This document shows positions 1 to 8,448 of a stretch of DNA of 64,000 nucleotides, in pieces. The DNA lies in assembly GCA_029260715.1 (NCBI GenBank), contig JAJDCS010000008.1, forward strand, positions 59,983 through 123,982. Reading direction: 5' to 3'. Below the pieces are notes generated by a model. The model was not told where the DNA came from. It did no database searches and saw only the letters and a program-made list of their open reading frames with translations. The stretch's first letter is position 1. Each line of letters begins with the position of its first letter. A program made the position numbers and the translations under genes. The stretch comes from Phycisphaeraceae bacterium (GTDB lineage: Bacteria > Planctomycetota > Phycisphaerae > Phycisphaerales > Phycisphaeraceae).

Positions 1-43
1 GACACATTGGGTTTGTTCCTTCCGAGGCGGCGTGCCTTAGCGG

Positions 44-3000
44 TCAGGCAGCCGTGTGGCCCGCTTGAGTGGCTGGTGTTTTGCTGTCTGTGGCGCCCGC
101 CGCAGCGCCGATCAGCAGCAGCGGCGCCGAGATGGCGACCGAGCTGTACGTGCCCACCAGCACACCCACCAGCATGGCGAACGCGAAGCCGTGCACGCCG
201 TCGCCGCCGAAGATATACAGCGTGCCCAGCGCCAGGAGCGTGGTGCCGGAGGTGATCACCGTTCGGCTGATCGTCTGGTTGATCGCGTCGTTGATCATGC
301 CCGTCGACGCCACCGCCAGCCGCCCGCGGTTCTCGCGGATACGGTCGAACACGACAATCGTGTCGTTCAGTGAATACCCCACCAGCGTCAGCACCGCCGC
401 GACCATGGCTTGGTTAATCTTAAAGTCACTGAGCATCAGCGCCTGGCCGAAGGATGTGTCGTAGACCCACCCGGCGGCCGCCACCAGCCCGAGCATGATC
501 ACCACGTCGTGCGCCAGCGCGGCGATCGCCGCCAGGCCGTAACGCAGGCTGCCGAACCGCACCCAGATGTACACCACCACCGCCAGTATGCTCAGGGTCA
601 TCGCCACGATCGCCTGCTGCTGCATCGTGCGTGAGATCTGGCTTGAGAAGTTCGACACGCTGCCCAGGCTCGCGTCGCGTCGCAACGCGTCGTGCACCAG
701 CGACCACTCGGTAGCCGCCAACCCCGCGTCGTCGTAGAACGCCTCGGGGCTGTCGATATAGTTCGTGCCCGCTTCGCTGACCAGCACCACCGCCGAGCGG
801 TACTGGGCCGCTTGCGTGCCCGGCCCGGCGGGGGCCAGGTCCAGCCCGATCACCGTGAACGGCCGATACCCGGCGTGCGCGCCGCCCGGGCGGGGGCGCA
901 GCCGCGTGTTCTGGACGCGCTGGGTCAGTTGCTCGACGGTCTGGGGCGGGGTCAGTTGTTCGAGTACAACAGCCACGCCGCCCAGGTAGTCGCTGACTTC
1001 GGTGTGGACTTCCGGTCGGTTGATGTTGTCGCCCAGGTTCGTCTGCCGCACGGCATAAACCGGGGCCTGCCGCACGGGCGGCGCGTCGTGGCCGGGGCCC
1101 ATGCCGTTGAACGTGACCGACCGCTGCACGTCCAACACGTCTGCAAACGCGTCCTTGATGGCGTTACTCACCGCGGTGGCGTCTTGTTCAAGCGTGGCGA
1201 TGTTGAACCCGGCGGCGAGTTTGCCCTCGACTTGATCGACGGTGACCACGGTCGCGCGGTTGCCGGCCAGGTCGGGCAGCCCGTGTTTCTCAGACGCTTG
1301 TGTGAGACGCTGGCGCGCCTCGCCGATCGAAAGCGATTTACCTTCAGCCAAGTCGAACCCCACCTGCGTGCCGCTGCGGAACTCGATGTCCAGCAGGTCT
1401 TTTCCGCGTTCGGGTATGGCGATCAGCCCCAGCACGATCAAGACCGCGCTGATCGTGAACAGCAGGTACCGTTTACCAATCCAATCGACGTTGGGCGACA
1501 GCAGCCGCCGCACCGGCTCAACGAGCGTGGGCAGCATTGAGATGGTCTTGGGCTTGGCCACGTTGAGATAAACGTCCACCACCACGCGCGTGCAGAACAG
1601 GACCGTGAACATCGTCGCCAGGATGCCGATCATCAGCGTAATCGCGAAGCCCTTGATCTCAGCCGTGGCCGTGTAGTTGAGGATCACGCACGTGATCAGC
1701 GTGGTCAGGTTTGCGTCGATAATGGTGGACAACGCTTTTTCATAACCCAGCCGCACCGCCGTGCGCACGTCGGCGTTGCGTTCCAACTCTTCGCGGATGC
1801 GTTCGTAGATCAGCACGTTGGCGTCGACAGCCATGCCGATGGTCAAGACGATGCCCGCGATGCCCGGCAGCGTGAAGGTCGCGTCGAGCATGGCCATGGC
1901 GCCGAGGATGACCACCATATTCATCGCCAGGGCCATGTCGGCCACCAACCCCATGAACAGGTAGTAGACCATCATGAACGCCGCCACCGCCACCAACGCC
2001 CACACCGCCGCTTCCAAGCCGTGTTGCAGGTTGTCCTGGCCCAATTGGGGCCCGAACTTCCGGATGTAGATCGGGTCTTCGCTGAGTTGCCCTTCGAGGC
2101 TCCCGGCGTTGAGCGTGCGCAACAAGTAACCCTGCTCGTTTTGGCTAAACCCGCCGCGCCCGCCGGTGATGATGCCCTGGTCATGGATCTTGTCGTTGAT
2201 CGAAGGCGTGGAGATCACGCGCCCGTCCAGGACGATCGCCATGGGTCGGCCGCGGTTGTTGCCGGTGAGGTTAGCCATCAACTGCCCGCCCACACGGTTG
2301 AGCTCGAACCCCACCGCCAGGAACCCGTTTTCATCGACTTGGTGGTGGGCGCGCGTCAGCTTCCAGTCGGCGTGTGAGCGGGTTAGGCCCATGTCCGGCG
2401 TGTTGGACAGTAAGACGTAGTACCCGTCGCCGTGCGCCTGGCCGATGAGGCCGCGGCCCGCGAAATACTCAACCGGGTTTTCCTCCAACGCGCGGCGCTG
2501 CTGGGCGTTGTCGGCGAAGCTCTCCACGTCGTCGACAAGGAACCAGCGGTAGGATTTATCCATGCCCGCCCTGGGGCCTCGCTCGCGCAGACGCTGGCGG
2601 TACTGATCCCCCTCGCCAAAATTGGCCGGCGCGGCGATCCGAAACTCCAGCACACCCGACCCGCGCAGCAAAGCGATCAGGTCGTTGGGGTCGTCCAGCG
2701 GCCCGCGCACCTCGTCGTACAGCGCCTTGGCCTGGGCTAACTCTCTGACCTGCTCAGCCCGATCGGGGTGGCTGGCGATGAGCCGGTCCACCGCCTCACC
2801 GCGTGTCAGCGACGACATGTCTTGCCCGTCTTTGGGCTTGGACTTCTTCACCACCTCCGCAGGCAGGCTTAAAATCAACTCCAACTCGTTCGGGTCCACG
2901 TTCGTAGCCAGCACGCCCCCCTGCGCCGCTTCAAACGCTTTCTGCGCGTCGAGGTAGACCCGGGTTTTGGCTAGCAGGTCGGTTTGGAGTCGGTCACGGG

Positions 3001-3556
3001 CGTCATCAGCCGCGGAGCCTTCCATCGCGTCGATCCGCTCTTGAGCCTCTTCGTATGGCCCCCTGGCCGCGGTCAAGCGGTCGTAGGCCCCGGCCATTGC
3101 CTCCAGCAGGCCCTGACGCGTGGGGTGGTCGCCCGCCAAGCGTTTCAGCGCGTCGGCGCGGGTGTCGGCTGGCAGGCGCAGGGCGCTATCCAACTCACGT
3201 TTCTTGATATTGCCCGCGAACAGGCCTTCCCGCAGCTTCAGGTAGCGGTCGCGGCGCTGGGTGGTCTCGGTCGGGGGCAGGGGCATCTGGATCTCGATCC
3301 GGTTGCCCGCTTGACGCCGCCACACCAGGTTGCGCACGCCGTTGGGGTCCACGCGCTTCTTGAGCGTTTCGATGACCTGGTCGATGACCGTCTTCGCTTC
3401 TTGGTCGGAGGGCACGTTCACCTGGTAGACCAGTGTGGTGCCGCCGGCGAGGTCCAGGCCGGGCTTGAGCTTTTGGCCAGGTGGATAAATGCACAGCCCG
3501 CACAGGGCCAGGACCGTCACAATCAGGATCGGCTTCCATATAGGGGTGTCTTGCAT
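44..3556 (-). CDS. secDF: Fused protein translocase subunit SecD/SecF (1170 aa)
   Basis: N-terminal TM is followed by a very large periplasmic domain. Two SecD/SecF-type TM bundles carry GIAGIVLTIGMAVDANVLIYERIREE and LVGYSLNDTIVVFDRIREN. A SecF-type start (NVDWIGKRYLLFTISAVL...DIEFRSGTQV) lies mid-protein. The gene sits downstream of tgt-yajC, as in the classic operon. Confidence 0.9.
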   Translation of the reverse strand: MQDTPIWKPILIVTVLALCGLCIYPPGQKLKPGLDLAGGTTLVYQVNVPSDQEAKTVIDQVIETLKKRVDPNGVRNLVWRRQAGNRIEIQMPLPPTETTQRRDRYLKLREGLFAGNIKKRELDSALRLPADTRADALKRLAGDHPTRQGLLEAMAGAYDRLTAARGPYEEAQERIDAMEGSAADDARDRLQTDLLAKTRVYLDAQKAFEAAQGGVLATNVDPNELELILSLPAEVVKKSKPKDGQDMSSLTRGEAVDRLIASHPDRAEQVRELAQAKALYDEVRGPLDDPNDLIALLRGSGVLEFRIAAPANFGEGDQYRQRLRERGPRAGMDKSYRWFLVDDVESFADNAQQRRALEENPVEYFAGRGLIGQAHGDGYYVLLSNTPDMGLTRSHADWKLTRAHHQVDENGFLAVGFELNRVGGQLMANLTGNNRGRPMAIVLDGRVISTPSINDKIHDQGIITGGRGGFSQNEQGYLLRTLNAGSLEGQLSEDPIYIRKFGPQLGQDNLQHGLEAAVWALVAVAAFMMVYYLFMGLVADMALAMNMVVILGAMAMLDATFTLPGIAGIVLTIGMAVDANVLIYERIREELERNADVRTAVRLGYEKALSTIIDANLTTLITCVILNYTATAEIKGFAITLMIGILATMFTVLFCTRVVVDVYLNVAKPKTISMLPTLVEPVRRLLSPNVDWIGKRYLLFTISAVLIVLGLIAIPERGKDLLDIEFRSGTQVGFDLAEGKSLSIGEARQRLTQASEKHGLPDLAGNRATVVTVDQVEGKLAAGFNIATLEQDATAVSNAIKDAFADVLDVQRSVTFNGMGPGHDAPPVRQAPVYAVRQTNLGDNINRPEVHTEVSDYLGGVAVVLEQLTPPQTVEQLTQRVQNTRLRPRPGGAHAGYRPFTVIGLDLAPAGPGTQAAQYRSAVVLVSEAGTNYIDSPEAFYDDAGLAATEWSLVHDALRRDASLGSVSNFSSQISRTMQQQAIVAMTLSILAVVVYIWVRFGSLRYGLAAIAALAHDVVIMLGLVAAAGWVYDTSFGQALMLSDFKINQAMVAAVLTLVGYSLNDTIVVFDRIRENRGRLAVASTGMINDAINQTISRTVITSGTTLLALGTLYIFGGDGVHGFAFAMLVGVLVGTYSSVAISAPLLLIGAAAGATDSKTPATQAGHTAA

Positions 3557-3642
3557 AGCTTAGACGGGCGTATCTGAGGGTTTCTTATTAATGACCGGGT
3601 ATCTCCCGGTTCCAAACGGCCTGCCCACGCACCGGGCGTGGG

Positions 3643-4056
3643 TTACTCTTTTTCGTCCTGCATCACCGACTGGATGGCGCCGCGGCTGAACTTCACACGC
3701 GCGTTGGTGTTCTCGTCGATCTTGACCACCACATGGTCGTCGCGGACCTCCACCACGGTGCCAAGAATGCCGCCGATGGTCTGGACGCGGTTGCCTTTTT
3801 TCAGGTTCTCTAGCATCGCCTTTTTCTTCTTCTTCTCCTTGCGCTGCCCGCCCATGGAGAAGATGATCATGACCATCAAGGCGAAGAATATAATGATGAA
3901 AAAATTAGGCGACCCCGGCCCCGGCTGAGGCGCTGCCCCCGGATCGGTCGAGTCCGGCTGGGCTTCGTGTCCCGGCAGCGTAGACTCGGCTGGCGCCGAG
4001 AGCGGGGTGGGCGGGGCGTCCTCTTGGGCGAGTGTCAAGATCAAGCTGTCAAACAT
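3643..4056 (-). CDS. yajC: Preprotein translocase subunit YajC, with a P/A-rich N-terminal extension
   Basis: Single TM (FFIIIFFALMVMIIF) is followed by the YajC-like core LKKGNRVQTIGGILGTVVEVRDDHVVVKID. The gene lies 3 nt downstream of tgt. Confidence 0.85.
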   Translation of the reverse strand: MFDSLILTLAQEDAPPTPLSAPAESTLPGHEAQPDSTDPGAAPQPGPGSPNFFIIIFFALMVMIIFSMGGQRKEKKKKKAMLENLKKGNRVQTIGGILGTVVEVRDDHVVVKIDENTNARVKFSRGAIQSVMQDEKE

Positions 4057-4059
4057 GCT

Positions 4060-5250
4060 TCACCTGTCGTGTGGGGTTTCGTTCTGCAAGGCCACCGGCC
4101 AGTTCCGCTGGATCAAAGGCCAATCATTGTGGGTGATGGCCGACCGGATGTCCAGCAGGTACCGCTGGAAGTGGGCGATATTGTGGGCGCTGACCAAGAT
4201 CGGCCCTAACATTTCCCCGCTCACAAACAAATGCCGCAGGTAGCTTCGGCTGAACCCGCCGCCGCAAGCCGGGCAGGGGCAGCCCGGCTCGATGGGGCTG
4301 GGGTCGCGGCTGTATTTGGCGTTGCGAAGCCGCAGGCTGCCCGTTGAGGTGAACGCGAAGGCGTTTCGCCCGTTGCGCGTCGGCAGCACGCAGTCGAACA
4401 TATCCACCCCCGCGCGCACGGCCGCGAGGATGTCCCGCTCGTAGCCCACGCCCATCAAATACCGCGGCCGATCGCCCGGCAGCAGCGGGGCGGTGTGCTC
4501 GACCACGCGTTTGAGCCATTCGTGCCCCTCGCCCACCGCCACGCCGCCGATGGCGTACCCCGGCAGGCCGTGCTGGGTCACCTGCTCAACGCACCGCGAC
4601 CGCAGGTCCAGGTCAACCCCGCCTTGGACAATACCGAACAACGCCTGGTCGCCGGCCCGGCTGTGCGCAGCCACGCACCGCATCAGCCACGCCGCCGTCC
4701 GGTCGCAAGCCGCTTGGTTACGCTGGGCGTACTCGCCCGGCGCCACCGCGTGCCGGGCTTGGTCATTGCCAGCTTCGGCGTCGTCGCTGGCCGCCGGCGG
4801 GCAGTCGTCCAGGGCCATGATGATGTCCGCGCCAAGCTCGTTTTGCACCTGGATCGCTCGCTCAGGCGTTAACGCCACCGTCGCCCCGTCCAGGTGGCTC
4901 TTAAACGTCACGCCGTCGTCGCTGATGCGCCGCGCGTCGGCCAGGCTGTACACCTGGAACCCACCCGAATCGGTCAGGATCGGCCCGTCCCACCGCATCC
5001 ACTCGTGCAGCCCGCCCATCGCACTGACCAGTTCCGACCCCGGGCGCAGCATCAGGTGGTACGTGTTGGCCAGGATCAGTTGAGCCCCCAGCTTGGCGAC
5101 CATGCCCGGCAGCAGGCCCTTGACCGACGCCTGCGTGCCCACGGGCGCGAAAGCGGGCGTGTCGAACCCGCCGTGGGGGGTGGTCACACGCCCCACACGC
5201 GCGTGGCAGTCGGGGCTGGCGGTAACAACTTCAAACCGTAGGGCTGACAT
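4060..5250 (-). CDS. tgt: tRNA-guanine transglycosylase (queuine tRNA-ribosyltransferase)
   Basis: Motifs include RVGRVTTPHGGFDTPAFAPVGTQASVKGL, LTDSGGFQV, GIVQGG and YLMGVG. A C-terminal Zn site is present (CPCPACGG...H). Confidence 0.95.
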   Translation of the reverse strand: MSALRFEVVTASPDCHARVGRVTTPHGGFDTPAFAPVGTQASVKGLLPGMVAKLGAQLILANTYHLMLRPGSELVSAMGGLHEWMRWDGPILTDSGGFQVYSLADARRISDDGVTFKSHLDGATVALTPERAIQVQNELGADIIMALDDCPPAASDDAEAGNDQARHAVAPGEYAQRNQAACDRTAAWLMRCVAAHSRAGDQALFGIVQGGVDLDLRSRCVEQVTQHGLPGYAIGGVAVGEGHEWLKRVVEHTAPLLPGDRPRYLMGVGYERDILAAVRAGVDMFDCVLPTRNGRNAFAFTSTGSLRLRNAKYSRDPSPIEPGCPCPACGGGFSRSYLRHLFVSGEMLGPILVSAHNIAHFQRYLLDIRSAITHNDWPLIQRNWPVALQNETPHDR

Positions 5251-5480
5251 GCGGGCATATTAGACCGTTTTCCGGGCGGGGTGTGGCGTGAAGATGGGTA
5301 AGACAGCGAGCCCGGCGAATCTCTGTGCTTTACGGCTGCGGCTGACGCCTGAACGGGTCGCGTCCACGCGGTGTGGTTGCCTATTTCGCCAAGCCCGCAC
5401 ACAGCCCCGCCATCAGCCGCTACCAATGACAAATTCCTTGCCGTCTCTACCAATGAATCTGATGATTTTAGTAGAGGATG

Positions 5481-5608
5481 GCTCTGTTGAAACCCTTCAC
5501 GCAAAGGGTGGCACGGCTTGCTCGTCAAGCCGTGTTTGCGAACTACCAAGTCAGAAACACTGGTTGCAAGCAACCAGTGGCACCCTGGTTCGGGGGTTTC
5601 AACAGAGC
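5481..5608. mobile_element. MITE-like non-autonomous element (128 bp)
   Basis: Perfect 15-bp terminal inverted repeats: gctctgttgaaaccc (5481-5495) and gggtttcaacagagc (5594-5608). A 10-bp direct repeat agtagaggat flanks the element (5470-5479 and 5609-5618). Two internal perfect hairpins lie at 5512-5534 and 5558-5579. Confidence 0.45.
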
Positions 5609-5682
5609 AGTAGAGGATCGGAAAGGCAAGCGAACGGCGACAGGGTTCCACGGAGTTGGTTATGGCCAAAGGAGATCAAGCC

Positions 5683-6009
5683 ATGTCTACCAGCTTACAA
5701 GCAGCCTGCGAAGAAACACGGACCGATATCGGAAGTCTTGAGGTGCAGACGCGCGTCTGCCTCGACGACGCCACCATGCTCTGTGGCGCGTTGACCGACC
5801 TGACGGACAACGGCGCCAGGGTCCACGGCGACACCAAGGGCCTTGAAGTCGGCGACGAAATTTTCTTGGAAATACTGTTCTCTCTGCAGTACAGCGTGAA
5901 GCACCGCTGCGAAATCCGACACATCCAGCCCGGCGAATACTTCGGCGTGCAGTTCACCGGCCAATTCGAGCGGTGCCTGATGTGGCCGCCGTCGAGCATG
6001 GTGGCGTAA
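5683..6009 (+). CDS. Small PilZ-like domain protein (putative)
   Basis: Start chosen at the ATG 7 nt after AGGAGA; the ORF track begins at a TTG at 5656. DLTDNGARV resembles the PilZ D-x-S-x-x-G motif, followed by a beta-rich core (GDEIFLEILF...HRCEIRHI...YFGVQF). I did not see a clear upstream RxxxR motif. Confidence 0.4.
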   Translation: MSTSLQAACEETRTDIGSLEVQTRVCLDDATMLCGALTDLTDNGARVHGDTKGLEVGDEIFLEILFSLQYSVKHRCEIRHIQPGEYFGVQFTGQFERCLMWPPSSMVA

Positions 6010-6049
6010 GCGCGACGCCGCGTGATCAGAAACGCGATCACTAAGCTGT

Positions 6050-8332
6050 TTAAGGGTACGCCTGTTCGCTGACCCAGATGACAAGATTGGTCATGAGGTT
6101 CCTGGCTGTTTCCGGGGAGTAGCCGTTGATATCCCAGTGCCGGCACCCGAGCATGCCAAGCGAGAGGTCTTCGTGTGAGACGATCACGCTTGGCCGACCG
6201 TTTTTATCCAAAAAAGCCGCCAGGTGGGGCCTGGGCTCGGTCCCAAACGTTACCACCGAGTAGCGGCGGTACAGCGCCCGCTGACAATCGGTGCCGCCCG
6301 CCAGCCCGGTCCCGGACACCATCGCGTCTTCGCTTGTCAGCCGCACCGCTTGCTGGTCGAACAACTCGGCGAGCTGATCGAGGACGTACCAACTGAATTT
6401 GCCCTTCCCGCCCACACACTCGACAAGGAGCGTGCCGCCTCGCTGGGTGTACGCGGTGATGGCGTCGAGCTGGGGTGTTGTCAGCGCCGCGGGCTGGGTG
6501 CCGGTCACGTGGATCAGTTTTAGTTTGCTGTCGCCGATGTCTTTCAATTCCAGCACGCCCTCGCCGCTGGCCGGTGTCGGCTCGACGTCTATCCCCGTCC
6601 GGTTGAATATGTAGTTTGCCTGGATGGGCCACGCTTCGGCCTCGGGCAGCCAGTTCCCGTTGTACCGGGCACGGCCGACCTTGACGGTGCGTGTGGTCGG
6701 CCGGTCGACGCGACGATCGAACGGCGCGACGAGCCGGTTGTTGAGCACGCCCTTGCCAGACGCGTAGGAGAAAAGGTTCGCCGCGAGTTTTAAGGCGATG
6801 TCTCTGCGCGAGGCGCTGTCGGCCTGCAAGGTGTAGCCCCAGTCGGAGTCGATGAGCAGGATCAACTCCCGCACGCCGTTCGACACGCCGTACACAGGCA
6901 ACCGCTCGTTTTTTTCCAATATATGCCATGTGCCAAACAGCGGGTGGTCTTCCTCCAACGGCCTCATCTCATAATCGGGGTACAGCTTCTCAGCCAAGGC
7001 GCGGATCGACTTTGAAAAGTCGCGGCTGTTGCGGTCGGGGCTGGTCACCAACAGCCCGCCCATCTGGAGGTACTGCTTGATCGCGGCTTCCTGCTTGGGG
7101 GTCAGTGTGACGGCCGCGTCGGAAGCGAGGTACGTGACCGGCGAGACGAGCCACTGTGACGGGTCCGCTTCGTTGATGCCGATCGTTTGCCAGTTAAGCT
7201 CTTCCTCGCGTTGCCTGCTCAGGTACAGGCTTAAAAAGTGCAAGTCGTTGGGGTGGTTGTTCCAGGCGATGCCGGGGACCTGCAGCTTGTTGATCCAGAC
7301 GGGGAACTGCCCGCGGCTGAGGAACATCAACGCGAACGACAGCTTCAAGGAGTCGTATTCTTCAACGCCCTGGCGTAACCGCTTGTCGTGAATAATCTGA
7401 TCGGCGCCGGCCTGGTACCAGTCCAACCCGTTGAGGTACCGCACACCGCTGGCCAGCGCCACCTGTTCGACGCCGTAGAGGTAGTAATGGTTGTAGCCGC
7501 TGCGCCCGCTTTCGATATCAAAATGCCGGTCGAGCCAGTCCATGCCTTTCTGGATGGCCGAGGTGATCTTCGGCTCGGGGTATTCACGGTCGCGGAACAA
7601 CTCTTGCTGGGCGATCAGCAGCGTCGTCAGCCCCGCGGTGGTCATCGCGCCGATGCCTTGGGTGTCGAAGATATTGCCCGAGCCCGCGCCGCCGATGGCT
7701 TTGTTCGCGGCGGCGGTAGCGACCCAGCTACCGTTGGGCTGCTGGGTGCGTAAGAAGTATTCGGCCCACTGTTCCCAGTGGCGGCGGGGGATCTTCAGGC
7801 CCCGCTTGGAGGCTTCCCACAAACCCAGAACCCCGTACTGGACCACGCTGTTGTCGATAAAGGCCGACGTTCTGGCCGCTTGGTAGTCGAACAGGCCGTG
7901 CGGGTCGTTGATCGCCGCGTTAAGCAGCCAGGAGGCGTCTCTTTCAAGCAGCGGCTTGTATTCATTGGGCAATTGAGCCCAGACGTGTGCGCGCATCGAC
8001 ATCGCATAAGTGCCGATAATATCCAATTCTTGTAGGTATTTTAACGACTGGACCAGCCTGGGGTTTTGTGAGGATTCACCGCTTACCAATAGGGCCTGGG
8101 TCGCCAAAGCGGTTTCGCCGCCGGCTTGGATAATGTCTCGCCGGATGCCACCGGGCCGGCTGCGGAACTCCCAATTGCCCGTATAACGGTCCTGCCTATC
8201 GAAGAGCAGCGATTTAAGCTCCTCAATGTGGTGCAGGACGTCTTCTTGCGACACCTCCGCACGCACAGCCCGTGTCGCCTGGGCCGTTAACACGATCGCC
8301 ACAAAGCAGATACACCGAAGATTTGCTGTCAC
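6050..8332 (-). CDS. Secreted protein with an N-terminal prenyltransferase/squalene-cyclase-like (QW-type) repeat region and a C-terminal DUF4159-like domain
   Basis: Signal peptide (CICFVAIVLTAQATRAVRAE). QW-like motifs are present (YTGNWEF, QQPNGSW). The C-terminal part (GGTLLVECVGG...VSHEDLSLGMLGCRHW...ARNLMTNLVIWV) resembles DUF4159 as I remember it. Confidence 0.5.
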   Translation of the reverse strand: MTANLRCICFVAIVLTAQATRAVRAEVSQEDVLHHIEELKSLLFDRQDRYTGNWEFRSRPGGIRRDIIQAGGETALATQALLVSGESSQNPRLVQSLKYLQELDIIGTYAMSMRAHVWAQLPNEYKPLLERDASWLLNAAINDPHGLFDYQAARTSAFIDNSVVQYGVLGLWEASKRGLKIPRRHWEQWAEYFLRTQQPNGSWVATAAANKAIGGAGSGNIFDTQGIGAMTTAGLTTLLIAQQELFRDREYPEPKITSAIQKGMDWLDRHFDIESGRSGYNHYYLYGVEQVALASGVRYLNGLDWYQAGADQIIHDKRLRQGVEEYDSLKLSFALMFLSRGQFPVWINKLQVPGIAWNNHPNDLHFLSLYLSRQREEELNWQTIGINEADPSQWLVSPVTYLASDAAVTLTPKQEAAIKQYLQMGGLLVTSPDRNSRDFSKSIRALAEKLYPDYEMRPLEEDHPLFGTWHILEKNERLPVYGVSNGVRELILLIDSDWGYTLQADSASRRDIALKLAANLFSYASGKGVLNNRLVAPFDRRVDRPTTRTVKVGRARYNGNWLPEAEAWPIQANYIFNRTGIDVEPTPASGEGVLELKDIGDSKLKLIHVTGTQPAALTTPQLDAITAYTQRGGTLLVECVGGKGKFSWYVLDQLAELFDQQAVRLTSEDAMVSGTGLAGGTDCQRALYRRYSVVTFGTEPRPHLAAFLDKNGRPSVIVSHEDLSLGMLGCRHWDINGYSPETARNLMTNLVIWVSEQAYP

Positions 8333-8448
8333 GTCGCCACCCTTGATAGGTGTTTGTGCTATGACAAGAAATTAGACAATAACACCCGGTTTCGTGTGGC
8401 CCGCCCCGTATACAATACTATACCATCGGCATTAAAAGAGAAACTACT

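Noticed and set aside
692-1540. Long ORFs antisense to or overlapping well-supported genes. Examples: 692..1540, 2984..3577, 8586..9170, 12689..13318, 14261..15043, 20904..21518, 21887..22777, 48592..49689, 52202..53023 and 53275..53973.
   Set aside because: These are typical high-GC shadow ORFs. They are Arg/Pro/Gly/Ala/His-rich low-complexity translations with no motifs. Each lies entirely inside a gene with clear family signatures on the other strand or frame.
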